Virus record (IMG/VR): IMGVR_UViG_3300005838_000623
Location: 1 to 64,000 of that record
Reading direction: 5' to 3' (one strand)
DNA from: a virus
Lineage: Duplodnaviria; Caudoviricetes
Length of the DNA: 64,000 nt
Part shown: positions 27,801 to 35,781 of the stretch, one piece after another
How the letters are laid out: each line of letters starts with the position of its first letter
Numbering within the stretch: position 1 is the stretch's first letter
Made by a program: the position numbers and the translations under genes
The notes under the pieces: model-generated
The model's input: the letters and a program-made list of their open reading frames with translations, nothing else
What the model was told of the DNA's origin: nothing
Databases searched by the model: none

Positions 27801-30373
27801 GAATATTTGCTTGGAACATATTTAGGATACAATCCTAATTTAGTTGGTGTTGGTGGTATAAAATTACCGCCAGTGTTTATATACTCAACAATTTTAATAA
27901 CGTCATTCTCTACTAATATAATATTGCTTGTTAAAGTTACAAACGGTGTTGTAGTAGAAAATATATAATCTTGGTCCTTTAATAACATTACATTATTTTT
28001 ATAAACTAATACTGCGGATTGTCCAGGAATTGTATCATTATATGTTGTGTTGAGCTCAAATTGTTTATTGTCAACATCAAATACAGTATATGATAGTGTT
28101 GTTGTGTCGGTTGAAAACGCCACCATGTCACTATCATAATATGGCATTGAATTACTTTTACCTGAAAACATTGTATGTAAAATATTATTAACATATTTTG
28201 AAGTATCTGTTAATTGTTCCATTTTAGCAGCTTGATTTAAGAATTGATTTTTAAATCTGTTGTACTCATTACTAGCATAATCTAGTGCTTGAAAAAAATT
28301 ATACTGTTTATTAGACAACATATAACCTGCCTTAAGCATACTGCCTGTATTTTGAACGACTTTGGTACCGAGTAATGCAATGTTTTCAATATCTCGTATA
28401 TTATTGTTACCCAAAGCTGCGCCAGAAAATTCTAAACTATTCTCAATACAACTGCTAATATGATCCCTAACTTGTCCTAATGTAAAATTAGTTGTGGTTA
28501 ACATACTATTGAGAGGATTATTGCTCAAGTTATTTGGTATTGTATAAAATTCACCACTAGTTAATTTTTCAATACTAGTATCAGTATGTACTTTAATAAC
28601 TAAAATATCACCAACTGTTAAATTATTTGTAAAGTTAACATATTGGAATCCAATGTCTGTTGTAATAAAATAATCTTTTGTTGTTGTACTTCCAGTACCT
28701 TTTTCTTTTAATTTACCATTTACTGTAACAATTAAATTCTTCGCATTAGTTTCTGCTCTTGGAACAGTTGTTACCTTAAACACTTTGTACTCGGAACCCA
28801 CGACAATAGTTTGTTGTATTAATTGCCTACTTTCAAATGGAGCTTTTATCCAATTAGAAAGTGTGGAATAAGTGGTTACGGCCGTATTCTTATGTAAAAA
28901 TCCTGTAGCAAGTCTTACAGATGTTGTAGTGCCTGCTATGGCATCAGATGTATATGAAAAACTATCTCTAACTAAATTATCATTAAAAATAATGTCACCA
29001 ATGTTGGTGAAGTTTTTATATGTTAGGGCAAACCCTAATTCTGTGTCAGCAATACCGGCACTGTTTACCGCATAACTAAAAATATTTGATCCAGCAAACG
29101 TGCTACTTGCGTATGTTGAAAAACTATTTCCGTTTTTATCAAATACGTCAAATAATGGTGCTTGGTTCAATCCAGTTTTTACTTGTCCTTTATTCCATTT
29201 GCTATTTTTATAATACCATTGTGTGCCTTTGTTAACAACACCTTGATTAACAATAATAGTATTATCAGTAACAGGGTCTGCTACTATAGTGTTTTTTTCT
29301 AAATGTATTACCTCGTTGCCACCAATGGTTACCATTTGTACGTCATATATATGACCATTAACTAATGGGTCAGTGTCGGAGGTGAAGATAACTTGTTGCC
29401 CAGCGGCTAATACAACACCGTCAATGTAACCACCAGGTTTGCCTTCTAATTCTGTAAAGGCATCAGTAAAAGTTGCATCAACTAAATCAACAGTTGTTAA
29501 TAATTTTGTGCCATAATCATATAGTTTAAGATCATTATCGAATTCTATAATAGGGCGTTTTGCTCTTACTGCTGAATCATGTACAGCAATACTTTTATTA
29601 TAAGTTGCTGTTATTTCAATAATTTCTTCATGGAACCAACGGTTGTTATTACTCCATTGGTTTCCATCTATAGCACCACGTTTAATGGTTAGATAATCTT
29701 TACTTAATGTAAATACGGCTGATTCTGGTGTATATAATTCACTTAACGGAATTAATCTAATACTGGTGCCTACGTCCGCAACAATATAGTCAATGTTTGC
29801 TTGTGTTGACGGCGTAACTGTGCCAGTAAATCGTACTTTAAGACCTGTTGAAAATTTTAATGTTTTAAGTCCATCTAAAGATATATATGTATAAGTTTTC
29901 TTCCCTACAATATCACTAATAGTAATCGGATCTGTAATGTCACATCTATCTGGACCTGATTGTAACCAATAGTATTTTGTGTAGTTAATAGTTTTATCAT
30001 AGTCAATTGGTGGTGACCACACTGTATATTCATTGCTGAATAATTTGTTATGATTATAATTATCACCACCTTCGGCTGCAATAGAGTTAACAATATCAAC
30101 ATATGTTGAGGCAAAATCATATTTTGTTTCAGATAATTCTTTTTTAATAGTAACTGCTGGTTCAAGTTGATAATTTAATCTATCGCTGTCTATTTCCACA
30201 ACATAACTATCTGTAGTTTTAAAGTTATCTACATCCCGTCTCCCAACAAACCCATTAATTACATCAACTGTTCCTGGTGATACTAATTGGTCTAATGTAG
30301 CATTTAAGAATTTTTTATTAACATCAGTTTGGAACTGTTGTGGTAATAAATTTACAGTTTTACGTATGGCCAT
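15830..30373 (-). CDS. Giant (4847 aa) mosaic baseplate wedge/fibre protein with FG-GAP-like propeller, YHYH domain and beta-rich repeats
   Basis: Follows gp6-like gene; FGxxVA...GAPG repeats; YHYH...GYAYDGYPIYG; GSGYTSAPTV repeats. Confidence 0.75.
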   Translation of the reverse strand: MAIRKTVNLLPQQFQTDVNKKFLNATLDQLVSPGTVDVINGFVGRRDVDNFKTTDSYVVEIDSDRLNYQLEPAVTIKKELSETKYDFASTYVDIVNSIAAEGGDNYNHNKLFSNEYTVWSPPIDYDKTINYTKYYWLQSGPDRCDITDPITISDIVGKKTYTYISLDGLKTLKFSTGLKVRFTGTVTPSTQANIDYIVADVGTSIRLIPLSELYTPESAVFTLSKDYLTIKRGAIDGNQWSNNNRWFHEEIIEITATYNKSIAVHDSAVRAKRPIIEFDNDLKLYDYGTKLLTTVDLVDATFTDAFTELEGKPGGYIDGVVLAAGQQVIFTSDTDPLVNGHIYDVQMVTIGGNEVIHLEKNTIVADPVTDNTIIVNQGVVNKGTQWYYKNSKWNKGQVKTGLNQAPLFDVFDKNGNSFSTYASSTFAGSNIFSYAVNSAGIADTELGFALTYKNFTNIGDIIFNDNLVRDSFSYTSDAIAGTTTSVRLATGFLHKNTAVTTYSTLSNWIKAPFESRQLIQQTIVVGSEYKVFKVTTVPRAETNAKNLIVTVNGKLKEKGTGSTTTKDYFITTDIGFQYVNFTNNLTVGDILVIKVHTDTSIEKLTSGEFYTIPNNLSNNPLNSMLTTTNFTLGQVRDHISSCIENSLEFSGAALGNNNIRDIENIALLGTKVVQNTGSMLKAGYMLSNKQYNFFQALDYASNEYNRFKNQFLNQAAKMEQLTDTSKYVNNILHTMFSGKSNSMPYYDSDMVAFSTDTTTLSYTVFDVDNKQFELNTTYNDTIPGQSAVLVYKNNVMLLKDQDYIFSTTTPFVTLTSNIILVENDVIKIVEYINTGGNFIPPTPTKLGLYPKYVPSKYSDDTYTVAINVIQGHDGSITPAYNDYRDNLLLELENRIYNNIKAVYDIDLIKLTDTFPTKYRPTTYTLAQNNNILAMHFSKWANHFNVDYTKNTVYAGTNDFTWNFSQVKDRFGGTEALPGYWRGVYKYFYDTDRPHSHPWEMLGFTIKPSWWETTYGPAPYTGDNLVLWADLEAGKIVSGSRAGTYDEYKRTGMVANYIPTDATGKLKTPQAIGILGPIDTDLAANFTIGDHGPAETAWRRSSYYPYAVQLLLALTKPAKYFELMFDPSKLSTSAIGHKIDKITNLPIVPNSVKTNSYVNTDLSVDYTLGYNNWIIDYAKQLGISTTKFNWELNHLNLNLAVKMAGFTDKDKLKIVLEQISPSKSTTDIFIPQEDYNLHLLESSPIESVNYSGVILEKTINGYKINGYNTSQPHFKILPSIVTTNKKINVSIGGLESAFIDYLTGQSYKTGDVIKIGNEFYMVTADFTASDLETDRGNYYKLDALPKTGGIGAVRYDEWETEPVSIPYGKEYNSIQETFDFLISYGRYLENIGFVFDNITNSFGLIEDWNNTANEFLFWTLSNFNVGSLISLSAGSNKIKLNLTSSQIDKLANNMLPTNVLNQNKERIIVNDLFYSRIDNVFELSASPEIDGIYSAQLNPIQTEHLLIIENETVFKDVIWSQMTGSRQNRIKLIGYRTELWDGTQQLPGYVLLDDSVNEWDANTSYKIGDIIKYKSKFYTSKITHNPNDLIELEKFDHSKWKQLEKVNNGLLSNLDSKADNFRGYYDIEEDGRIIKTSSLASNLIGFQKRKFLENLQIDDVAQKKFYQGFIKEKGTSSVINKLLRAKLPAIDSTLNLYEEWAFRVGEYGSVASTQLIEFKLKENEFTDNPELIEVINTAEQYKNTNITHRPEDLYQKPLEPRQFNKNIFKKLSEDISTRDHLPDAGYPRLDDIQHTILSLEDWVPEVAVVIIEQLNVTTQLIGKSSYTTTTGSIVTLTNGMVVSFKSVFTTPSSYQTGEYVVTGVDDAIKLTAKSTYLNSFKIGDKIWVANSTTYPSTYLENSNDWNVYRISATFGSITSISSPAINEIKVSFKNPVGTILANDYIILRRFIDAVDGTDYSGIYKVKTNLSSTGVNSLVLHANTVQNIAFVQLTGTVDAFPAFGEFLKLESSRYATTSALLNRTSPTYGWQDGDYAWIDNHNSTNKWAMLEKKDPYTLGKQLFPNSKTINTGFGQGVAGNKDLSTILVSAVYDTTSAGNIEQWTRDVATVFDVKSIFVSDITSQTLSTLSTSGYLLTVESDGLPHPAPFGTFPTADGKNPNRVVTRNYKHTFKTRVGTNTTAAPQVTVPLGGIGIAANGVIFASPSATATLPNDNGPAKGVAPTGFEWNGIVNATAVGMDASHGHPQEDDQYHYHSGKFLSQWDYHVYQANTYYQGTNYSGDHWRHTDGHSKILGYAYDGYPIYGPFGYSTATNSTTTPTRMTSTYKAYPEPVSGRGYTYTEYPVGTFIQDYRIVTSAGTLDKHNGRYCVTPDYPDGTYAYFLTIKSDGTVVYPYIIGPTYKEIPTLETDTVPLDPGGSNALTVALTPGDFTYSNTVIDGSKLKNSGWAGWQFDTASTDDYIITSAPNSNSGEGYAIVLKKKTDKTYEPFDIMRSSSPTTNGLFGYDVAVSKNGTYVLVGAPGELKAYMYKLSTGVTANNEYFNGDNSTNVFVFSTTTHSNTNELTVIVDGQIMIEALDYTLSATQITFITVPPTGTDNIHIKKGNYYSVIKTFTGVSGTDFGRSVAISDDGAIAYIGQPNKADNTILSAGAIEVWGKTPTDTYFKIQDIKSNVTDLNEKFGREVECGVDGHIIAIGSPGADFIVVTDSTVSATNSGEVECWIDDAKHSGIITGTVANPTVSIGDKLVINDVEVTFTGTALSNVVGDITTKAIPHITASATSDNKLKIVSTKTDANAKLTIRPGTTNGDVVFTAFGLTLYTYKSGLRHPDGPQNAYYGEHIAFNNTATMITIGSPTSSSEFVMSLDTNITTFDNGNTIISDIQADSGSALIYDINTDLSYSLIQRVDWAGRRKNDKFGTGLVMVGNTALIGAPGDDYYTTQTITADGIASTYALTGQFATADLEITMNGRVMLTSEYSSDNASPNSSVTFTVIPVATSVIAVKKFTQNTGSVMEATNKLNKISWNSKRTQNDKVDINTINKVITYDKSSNTFIDYIDYIDPIKGKIPGIADEEISFKTLYDPAVYNITTDTTVVNDLNNHWGPNEVGTLWWDLTNTKYIDYEQGDMEYRKLNWGKLFPGAQINIYEWVESDTLPSSYVINGGDGTPKFSNDAAYVEYQQYNITTNSLEPIYYYWVKNKTSVPEVSTTYLDANGQIKFAAYGNELELKSFIPAATRKLPAKTVATILKNPTEYGLKYIGIAAPNAFVGHNLQTNLTADNIILSIEYDTVKNDIPLHTEWQLVQSNNPLSKPNNYLITKLGESLAGKDAKENLVPDLNVHVGSRYGIMEYPRQSMFIDRLGAIKVLVNFCNTVFAKNKIALDYSLVKISSAEKAPTYGYGETVATYTELTYINTSTIANGYKVLITKDETKGNYWTTYQWNTSENRWNFEKKQKYDTTKYWDYIDWYATGYNANTIVDYTVATENDRKKLDTKLGDIVKVLNDGQNKWVLYKNTNTASDTYDVIGLQNATIKFKTTLYTTTTPLTELHYIIDALNTEMFISSIAIEFNKLWFELIQYVLYDQTQRVDWAFKTSFITINQTVRKLSELVNYSYDIEDSIKDYINEAKPYRTNIREHVFRYNYTELPQIGNSDFDLPGYYDTTDKLFRSPNVYEADDDVRMLTTPWIDWYNHYTKKVTSVDVLTAGSNYATTSTTTYDSIGHDTTGYDFSAISASLPIVTISSGAQWELGYSYSVSAIPGAATANAVLVVPEHTPDILWYYSGTEQNSTQWKDMGWKFTIKDKVTPNENKIFAITVVLDSTGSPDFYIDGIERPNITLYRGSTYTFRQNDPSNLNYGYFRISALEDGTHRDGSGATAIPVMKTPGLDTVDSITVTSAGTGYVTTPKVIISGGSGSGATGYVNLENYKVRDIKETIKFDRVDSPSHVTTIAVTAGGSGYTSAPTITITNAAGDTTGGGASAKAVISGGAVTAVVVEQEGTGYTAAPTVAFSGGGGTSAAATATVSYSSYNKLETAHEAAAKKHSDRLTLFYSGGQTGTGSTKTWDNKTANIPTYDAVIADSGLQYKANKVVGATFDMEPGYDRATYASSKFDDFEISPEGVKIISSVDTDLSGGDFSTSGGIDPANVAVDGDGFVTEYTSHAPEEQVPGRVFDTLDIKVYEMPSPRDTGVTIKKYTFEGNGSAVIYDFSSKGKLPTNVTGVGIYIDRILQKLTTNYTIDMETNIITMVSPVPAGQLIHFVLIETGGDTVTSTKQDFIGDTSTTQFIVNVPYEYAQYLYITVNGIENAPTWTASSYYKKTKITFASAPGNNDRIRVHTFNKSGLTITNAGSGYTSAPTVTFSGGGGANAAATAVINAEGKVSGLIVTNAGTGYTSAPTVAITGTATATAIVTDGKIEAIRPFVKVESEEQTITVPGSPTWPASYTYTYGQDNFFEFGPDAAKAFVYLNNTRLNPPDTEYYTGNGVLAVYDGPANPTIAYGSVTDADVQVHVDGVLQTLTTHYTFTGGSPARDQITFTVGNIPATGAEIGITIRNGQYWIQNDYQVILENGSGVSVTAGTITTGDKLFVQSFSNQRYSKGKTLVIKGTSVATLLHLERFDTIIFDTSGYAGDVSVSISTPVYDISVLERNINYVWVWLNGIPQIANHDYYITGTNLVMTPAAGSILATDMITVTGMRKAEQRDGIAFRIWKDMFDKTSYYRIATANTTTLSTALALTDIEINVTDATKLLTPVPTTATPGVIFINGERIEYWEIDGNKLKRIRRGTWGTGAHATHATASEVVDGSKQQLIPGTDVHTKVWYDQGGSTATNSLGLGMATSKQVTFLKEAPLSTPKVI

Positions 30374-30381
30374 AATATTTC

Positions 30382-33300
30382 CTAACTAGTAACAATTGTG
30401 CCGCTTGCTCTAATCTTAGAAGCAGTTACAGCATCTATAATTTCTATATCTTCTACTTTAGCATCACTAATAAAAATTTCATTACTGTTGCTTTGTATTT
30501 CAAATAAACTACCAAAATTTTGGTTAGTGCCTTTAGGCACAATTAAAATAGTAGCAATATATGGAGTTAATTGATTATGGATATATGCTGATAATTCTGT
30601 AAAATAAAAAGTATCGCCAAAGTCCCAATTATTAATATTAAAATAGTCATTAATTGCTTTAATTGTTTGTGTTTTAATCTCAGTATCTGTTATAGTAGTA
30701 GCAGAATTTTTTACAATTTTAAATGATGCTTGCAATGTTGCATCTGACTTACTACCAAATAATGATTTATATTTTACTGGATGAAAAATAATTTCATCAC
30801 TTAACATTTTATAATCTAATAAATTATTAAACTGTGTACTTAATTCACTAGTAGTACTTGTGACAGGTGATATTATAACACCTGTATTGTCTTGAATGTA
30901 TGTTGTATAGGCATTACTATATGCTCTTGTTAATACGTACATGTCAATAATATTACTTAGGCCTGGGTTAATCCGCCTATCTGATGGTGAATTATGTTTG
31001 TAATTAAATTTAAGTGTTTTACGTCCAGTATATTCTTTATAATCTGTACTGACTAAAAACGTGCTATCAGTTTTATTAAACACTCTAAATGCTTTATCTG
31101 TAGTTAAGTAAATTACTTCCTTATCAGTAAACAATGTTGTAGAGGCCGCGGCTAATGCTGTTGCTGTGGCATATGTTACGTTAACTGTTTTGGCTGTTAA
31201 CTGAAATTGATCTGCTCCACTTGAAGTTGTAAATTTTTCAAGAAATACTAATTTATTATTTGGATTTACTGATGGGGCGACAACTAGTGTAAACTGATCT
31301 GGGTTGTCAGGGATGCCATCAGCATCACTATCCAAAAATGTTACTAGTACTCTGCGTGAATTGGTTGCGCCTGAAAATTCTGTATCCAATCCGTAAATTT
31401 GCCAAATGTGATCTCTATCCATTGCTGTAGAGGAATCAGGCCGGGCATTAATACCAAGTATATTAACTTGATCTGTGATTGTTTTTGCTGTGCGTGAATT
31501 ATAAATTTTAACGGAATCATCAAAGTAAAAACGTGTTTCCATGTCGCTTTCAATACTATACTTTAATCCTCTATATGTTGTTGTATACGTTGTTCCGTTG
31601 CTTTTAAGTTTAATTAACCAGCTTGAATCTTTTCGTAATCCAGTTGTATCACCAGCATACGCAAATGAGAAATCAGAAGTTATATCCATATCCGCCGCCA
31701 GTATAAGTATCCACGCTCTTGTTGTAGCATCAAAACGTAAACCAAATTCTTCATGATTAAAGATTTTAGTTAGCATTGCTGTTTCCATAGAGGATGGCAA
31801 ATCTGTTACAAACTGCGGAATAATTTCAGCAACTTCAGCACCGTCACCAATTAGTTCACTAATTGTTACAGGGCCCAGTCCTGTTGCTAAATTGCCTGCG
31901 CCACTGTTGTGTCCATCACCGGTTATACTTTTAATCATTGCCCAAATATTAGCAAACGTGCCCGGATCACCAACACTACCAGTATGTAAACTACCGTCTG
32001 ATTTAAAATACTTGCCACTTGGTGCGTTAAATTTTACTAGGGCATTTGCGGTCAAATACTTTCTGTTATCTGACGATGGCGCAGCTGCTCCTATAGGAAC
32101 TGATGCTCCTAAACTATTTTTAAAATATCCCGTGCTTGAATTAGTACTTGTGGTACTTTGTTCCCATGTTGTTACACTAGTTGTAATTCTGTCATATTTG
32201 TCAAAGTAATAATGTTTACTAGCAACGTTACGTAATACTGGTTCTATTTTGTCACGAATTACTCGTAATATATCCATCTCATTGGCAAATTCAAAGTCAA
32301 ATACATTAGAGAAAAATTCCCTAAACAATATACCGTCTGTACCAAATACATTGGTTGAAGAATATTTTGCTGTTGGGTCTACTACATCCAAGTACCGAGA
32401 AATACCACTTGATGTTCTGTTTGTTGCTTTTGCTTTAATAATATCATTAGTTGTAGTAATTGGAAAAATATTATAATCTTCTCCAGTTACCATGCGATTT
32501 TGAGTGTAGTAACTTTGCGGTGCTTTTATTCTAATATCATCTAGTGTTTCTCGTTGTGCAGAATTACTTATTAGTGTTTCTAAACTTAAAGTCATTGTTA
32601 AGGAATGTCTAATATTGTTTCTATTAATATATGCAATAATAAGTGTGACATTTTGTAAATCGTCTGTTTTAATAGTATAATTTAAGCCATTTCCTTTTCT
32701 AAAATATCCTCTATAATTCCCTCGTGGAATATCAGAAAAGATACCATCCCCAAATACATAAGAGATTTGATCATTTTCACGTGAGTTAACACTGTATAAA
32801 GTGCGGGTATCTCTTGCTAAACTATTATAGATAATATTATTACCACTAGATGCCGGAACTTGTGTCCACAATACAGATAGATCATTATTGTCATCTAATT
32901 CATATAACCAAGTATCGTCATTAGTAATATTACTTGTATTAACTAATACTTGCCTGTTAGGTAATGCATCATCTATAGTAAAATCAGCACTTTGTAATGA
33001 TCCTTCTTTAAAATATACAAAAAATCCGGTATTACTACTACCGTTGCCCTTTCCGTCGTTTTTATAAAGCATACTAAAAGGAGACACATTACTCGGCGCA
33101 TCTTCATAAACATATGGTTTGCCTTTAAATGTGGCATTCACCACCTCAAAGTTCATTGTAATACTATCAACTGATGAGTCAAATGGATATATTGGGAGTG
33201 TGCCTGCTGGTATATTAAGTTGGTATTGTTCAGTTTTAATGTCATTAATAGTGCTTGACATATTCGGTGTGCCAATTTTTTGTGTTGATACCATCGCCGC

Positions 33301-33783
33301 ATTTAGTAACAAATTAAATTGCTCTGTATAGTCAATATTATTAATATCATTCCAGGAGATCACTTTATTTGCTAAATTTTCACCATTGGAATCGTATACA
33401 TCTTCTGATGTAGTAATACTTTGTAGTTTTAAATATCCCGATGAATTTGTAGTACGTTTTGCATTGTAACTTACTAGCCTAGCTAATCGTAAAATACTTT
33501 CTCTACGTTCAGCAGTTGATAAAAAGTTTTCTCTAGAATTTAAATCTACTCGGTAACTAATATTTTGTCCCATGTATGCAATAAGGTCAATCAATGCTAC
33601 AAATTCTGAACTCTCAATAAAATCATTAAAATCTTCAGGATAATATTGTTTTAGATAATCAATCATTGATTTACGCAATGTCTCAAAATCATAACTCTCA
33701 AAGTCAGCATTGATAAAAGATTGATATAATACCTTCCAATCTTCTGCTTTGTATATTGTATTTTGTCTTGTTGTTAATGCCAT
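30382..33783 (-). CDS. gp6: Baseplate wedge subunit, T4 gp6-like
   Basis: DFETLRKSMIDYL, ENFLSTAERRESILRLA, FGDGIF, QNRMVTGEDY. Confidence 0.8.
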   Translation of the reverse strand: MALTTRQNTIYKAEDWKVLYQSFINADFESYDFETLRKSMIDYLKQYYPEDFNDFIESSEFVALIDLIAYMGQNISYRVDLNSRENFLSTAERRESILRLARLVSYNAKRTTNSSGYLKLQSITTSEDVYDSNGENLANKVISWNDINNIDYTEQFNLLLNAAMVSTQKIGTPNMSSTINDIKTEQYQLNIPAGTLPIYPFDSSVDSITMNFEVVNATFKGKPYVYEDAPSNVSPFSMLYKNDGKGNGSSNTGFFVYFKEGSLQSADFTIDDALPNRQVLVNTSNITNDDTWLYELDDNNDLSVLWTQVPASSGNNIIYNSLARDTRTLYSVNSRENDQISYVFGDGIFSDIPRGNYRGYFRKGNGLNYTIKTDDLQNVTLIIAYINRNNIRHSLTMTLSLETLISNSAQRETLDDIRIKAPQSYYTQNRMVTGEDYNIFPITTTNDIIKAKATNRTSSGISRYLDVVDPTAKYSSTNVFGTDGILFREFFSNVFDFEFANEMDILRVIRDKIEPVLRNVASKHYYFDKYDRITTSVTTWEQSTTSTNSSTGYFKNSLGASVPIGAAAPSSDNRKYLTANALVKFNAPSGKYFKSDGSLHTGSVGDPGTFANIWAMIKSITGDGHNSGAGNLATGLGPVTISELIGDGAEVAEIIPQFVTDLPSSMETAMLTKIFNHEEFGLRFDATTRAWILILAADMDITSDFSFAYAGDTTGLRKDSSWLIKLKSNGTTYTTTYRGLKYSIESDMETRFYFDDSVKIYNSRTAKTITDQVNILGINARPDSSTAMDRDHIWQIYGLDTEFSGATNSRRVLVTFLDSDADGIPDNPDQFTLVVAPSVNPNNKLVFLEKFTTSSGADQFQLTAKTVNVTYATATALAAASTTLFTDKEVIYLTTDKAFRVFNKTDSTFLVSTDYKEYTGRKTLKFNYKHNSPSDRRINPGLSNIIDMYVLTRAYSNAYTTYIQDNTGVIISPVTSTTSELSTQFNNLLDYKMLSDEIIFHPVKYKSLFGSKSDATLQASFKIVKNSATTITDTEIKTQTIKAINDYFNINNWDFGDTFYFTELSAYIHNQLTPYIATILIVPKGTNQNFGSLFEIQSNSNEIFISDAKVEDIEIIDAVTASKIRASGTIVTS

Positions 33784-34172
33784 TATGCTGTGCTCAGTGT
33801 TGCTTGTGTATTAGAAGTATTAAAGTCAAATAATAAATTTTGTACTATTTGATCAGGTATATATTTTAATTCTAATTGTATCATCATACCATTTTCATAT
33901 TGGTCAACCAATACACTTTCCGCTTCTATTCTTGGATCATATGATATAATTTCTTTTATATCATCTTCTATATTTTGTGCTTGTATGTCGGTTAATGGTT
34001 CATATAATGAATCCCAGATTATTGATCCAAATGTTGGATTAAATAATTTTTCTCCCTTGCGAATGTTAAAATGATTTAGTAAATCTTGTTTTGCAAGTTC
34101 AAATCCACTTAAAGTAAATGAATTAGAGAAATTTTTATTGTGAGTTGAAAACCCTTTATATCTTATCGCCAT
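33783..34172 (-). CDS. gp25: Baseplate wedge subunit, gp25-like
   Basis: RKGEKLFNPTFGSIIWDSLYEP...YDPRI. Confidence 0.85.
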   Translation of the reverse strand: MAIRYKGFSTHNKNFSNSFTLSGFELAKQDLLNHFNIRKGEKLFNPTFGSIIWDSLYEPLTDIQAQNIEDDIKEIISYDPRIEAESVLVDQYENGMMIQLELKYIPDQIVQNLLFDFNTSNTQATLSTA

Positions 34173-34215
34173 AATTAATATTTAGTTATTTTAATAATAT
34201 GCTACTATATAGAAA

Positions 34216-35772
34216 CTATGTATATGTAGCAGCTGTGGGTTTTTCTGTAATATGTGGAGTAGTGCCAGCTTCGGGTGCCGTTGCTGTTTGGTGGCCACGT
34301 TCATCTGGTTCATGCATTGGAACACGTTGCATTGCTGATGTATACTCGTAAGTGCCATCTACCTTAAATGTTTTAGAAGTACTTTCTAAAGTAACCCACG
34401 GAGTTGCGTATAATGGTATATGAGATGCTTCTTCAGCAGGATTTCCTGCTTCTGTATTAAGTTTAATTGGATGTTCCTTCCCACCACCACTCTTAAGAAA
34501 TATACATGCTAATGATGTAACACTAATTGCCTCTTTACTAGTAACATTAAACCAATCTGTTGTTTTAATATTATATGTACCAGTAGTAGTTTGTTTCATA
34601 TTGCCATTAATAAAGAAATGAGCATGTCCCTTACCACTTACTGAACTTGGATTTGTTTCAACTCTTAAATTGTGTCCAGCAAGCATAACCAAATCCTCAC
34701 CAGATTGTATATGAACATTTTTATCTGCAAGTAAATTCATATTGCCTTCAGTATGCACACTAACATCTTGCTTACTAAAAATATCAATTTGTCCTGCGTT
34801 TGTCATCTCAACCCAGGCACTACCTGTAGCATTGCCTATATAGATAATACCATCTGTATCATTTAATAATATTTGATGACCAGTTCCAGTGCGTAAACGT
34901 ATAAGTTGACTTTCACCACTATTGTCACCATCATCCATAATAAAAGTGTGCCCGGTTTTACGTGACGATGGCCATTTATATCCACTATCGTCAACTTTAC
35001 TAACCAACCCTTGGGTTTGTTCTGGGCCGCCGGTATTTAATGGGCCTGGTGTGGAGATTCCAAATACGTTTGAAGGAGATTCTCGTTGAGCACCGGATGT
35101 TGACAGTCCTCTTGCATAATCACCTTGTAACCCTTGTTCTAATAGAGTGTCAATTAATGGGTGTACTGGACGTGGTATGTTGCCCCATGCTTGTGATGTC
35201 TTATGTCCAATTTTATTATACTCTGCTACTGGTACTTGTGCAGCTTTATCAGCAGATACTGCGCCTTTGCCAGCTGCTGAAAATAATTTTGCTTCAGTTG
35301 TTCTATCAGTTTTATGAAAAGTAGGACTTACAGGAATACCTGGAACCATATGTAACATGAAAGCATCTGGTATATAAGATATAATATATCCTTTCTCTCT
35401 ATCTCCCTCGACAAATATTACTAATACTTGGCTGTCAACATCAGGAGTTGGGAACCACATACCATATGATTTGGTAGTATTGTCATAACTCTCTGGTGTT
35501 GCTCCTTGAGCATTTGTTCTGCCATAATATGGCAATGCTAGATTGCATAATACTATATTTTCTATCAATTCATGTTTTTTTGCAGGATTAATTTCACTAG
35601 ATAAACGTTGGCCAACTAAAGCAGGTATATATACAGCAATTCGACCCATGCCGGTATCATCGCCATATCCTTTAACAATTCCTATATATGGACCAGCATT
35701 GGGATTAACTGATTTATTATGTTCGCCGGCCGGCTGGCGCGCCGGAAGGCCTGGACCTGTTGATGTTGCCAT
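34216..35772 (-). CDS. gp5: Baseplate hub/central spike, gp5/VgrG-like (no lysozyme domain evident)
   Basis: OB-fold GPYIGIV...GRIAVYIP...PDVDSQVLVIF; GHTFIMDD...RTGTGHQILL; beta-helix-like repeats. Confidence 0.7.
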   Translation of the reverse strand: MATSTGPGLPARQPAGEHNKSVNPNAGPYIGIVKGYGDDTGMGRIAVYIPALVGQRLSSEINPAKKHELIENIVLCNLALPYYGRTNAQGATPESYDNTTKSYGMWFPTPDVDSQVLVIFVEGDREKGYIISYIPDAFMLHMVPGIPVSPTFHKTDRTTEAKLFSAAGKGAVSADKAAQVPVAEYNKIGHKTSQAWGNIPRPVHPLIDTLLEQGLQGDYARGLSTSGAQRESPSNVFGISTPGPLNTGGPEQTQGLVSKVDDSGYKWPSSRKTGHTFIMDDGDNSGESQLIRLRTGTGHQILLNDTDGIIYIGNATGSAWVEMTNAGQIDIFSKQDVSVHTEGNMNLLADKNVHIQSGEDLVMLAGHNLRVETNPSSVSGKGHAHFFINGNMKQTTTGTYNIKTTDWFNVTSKEAISVTSLACIFLKSGGGKEHPIKLNTEAGNPAEEASHIPLYATPWVTLESTSKTFKVDGTYEYTSAMQRVPMHEPDERGHQTATAPEAGTTPHITEKPTAATYT

Positions 35773-35781
35773 ATTATTTGC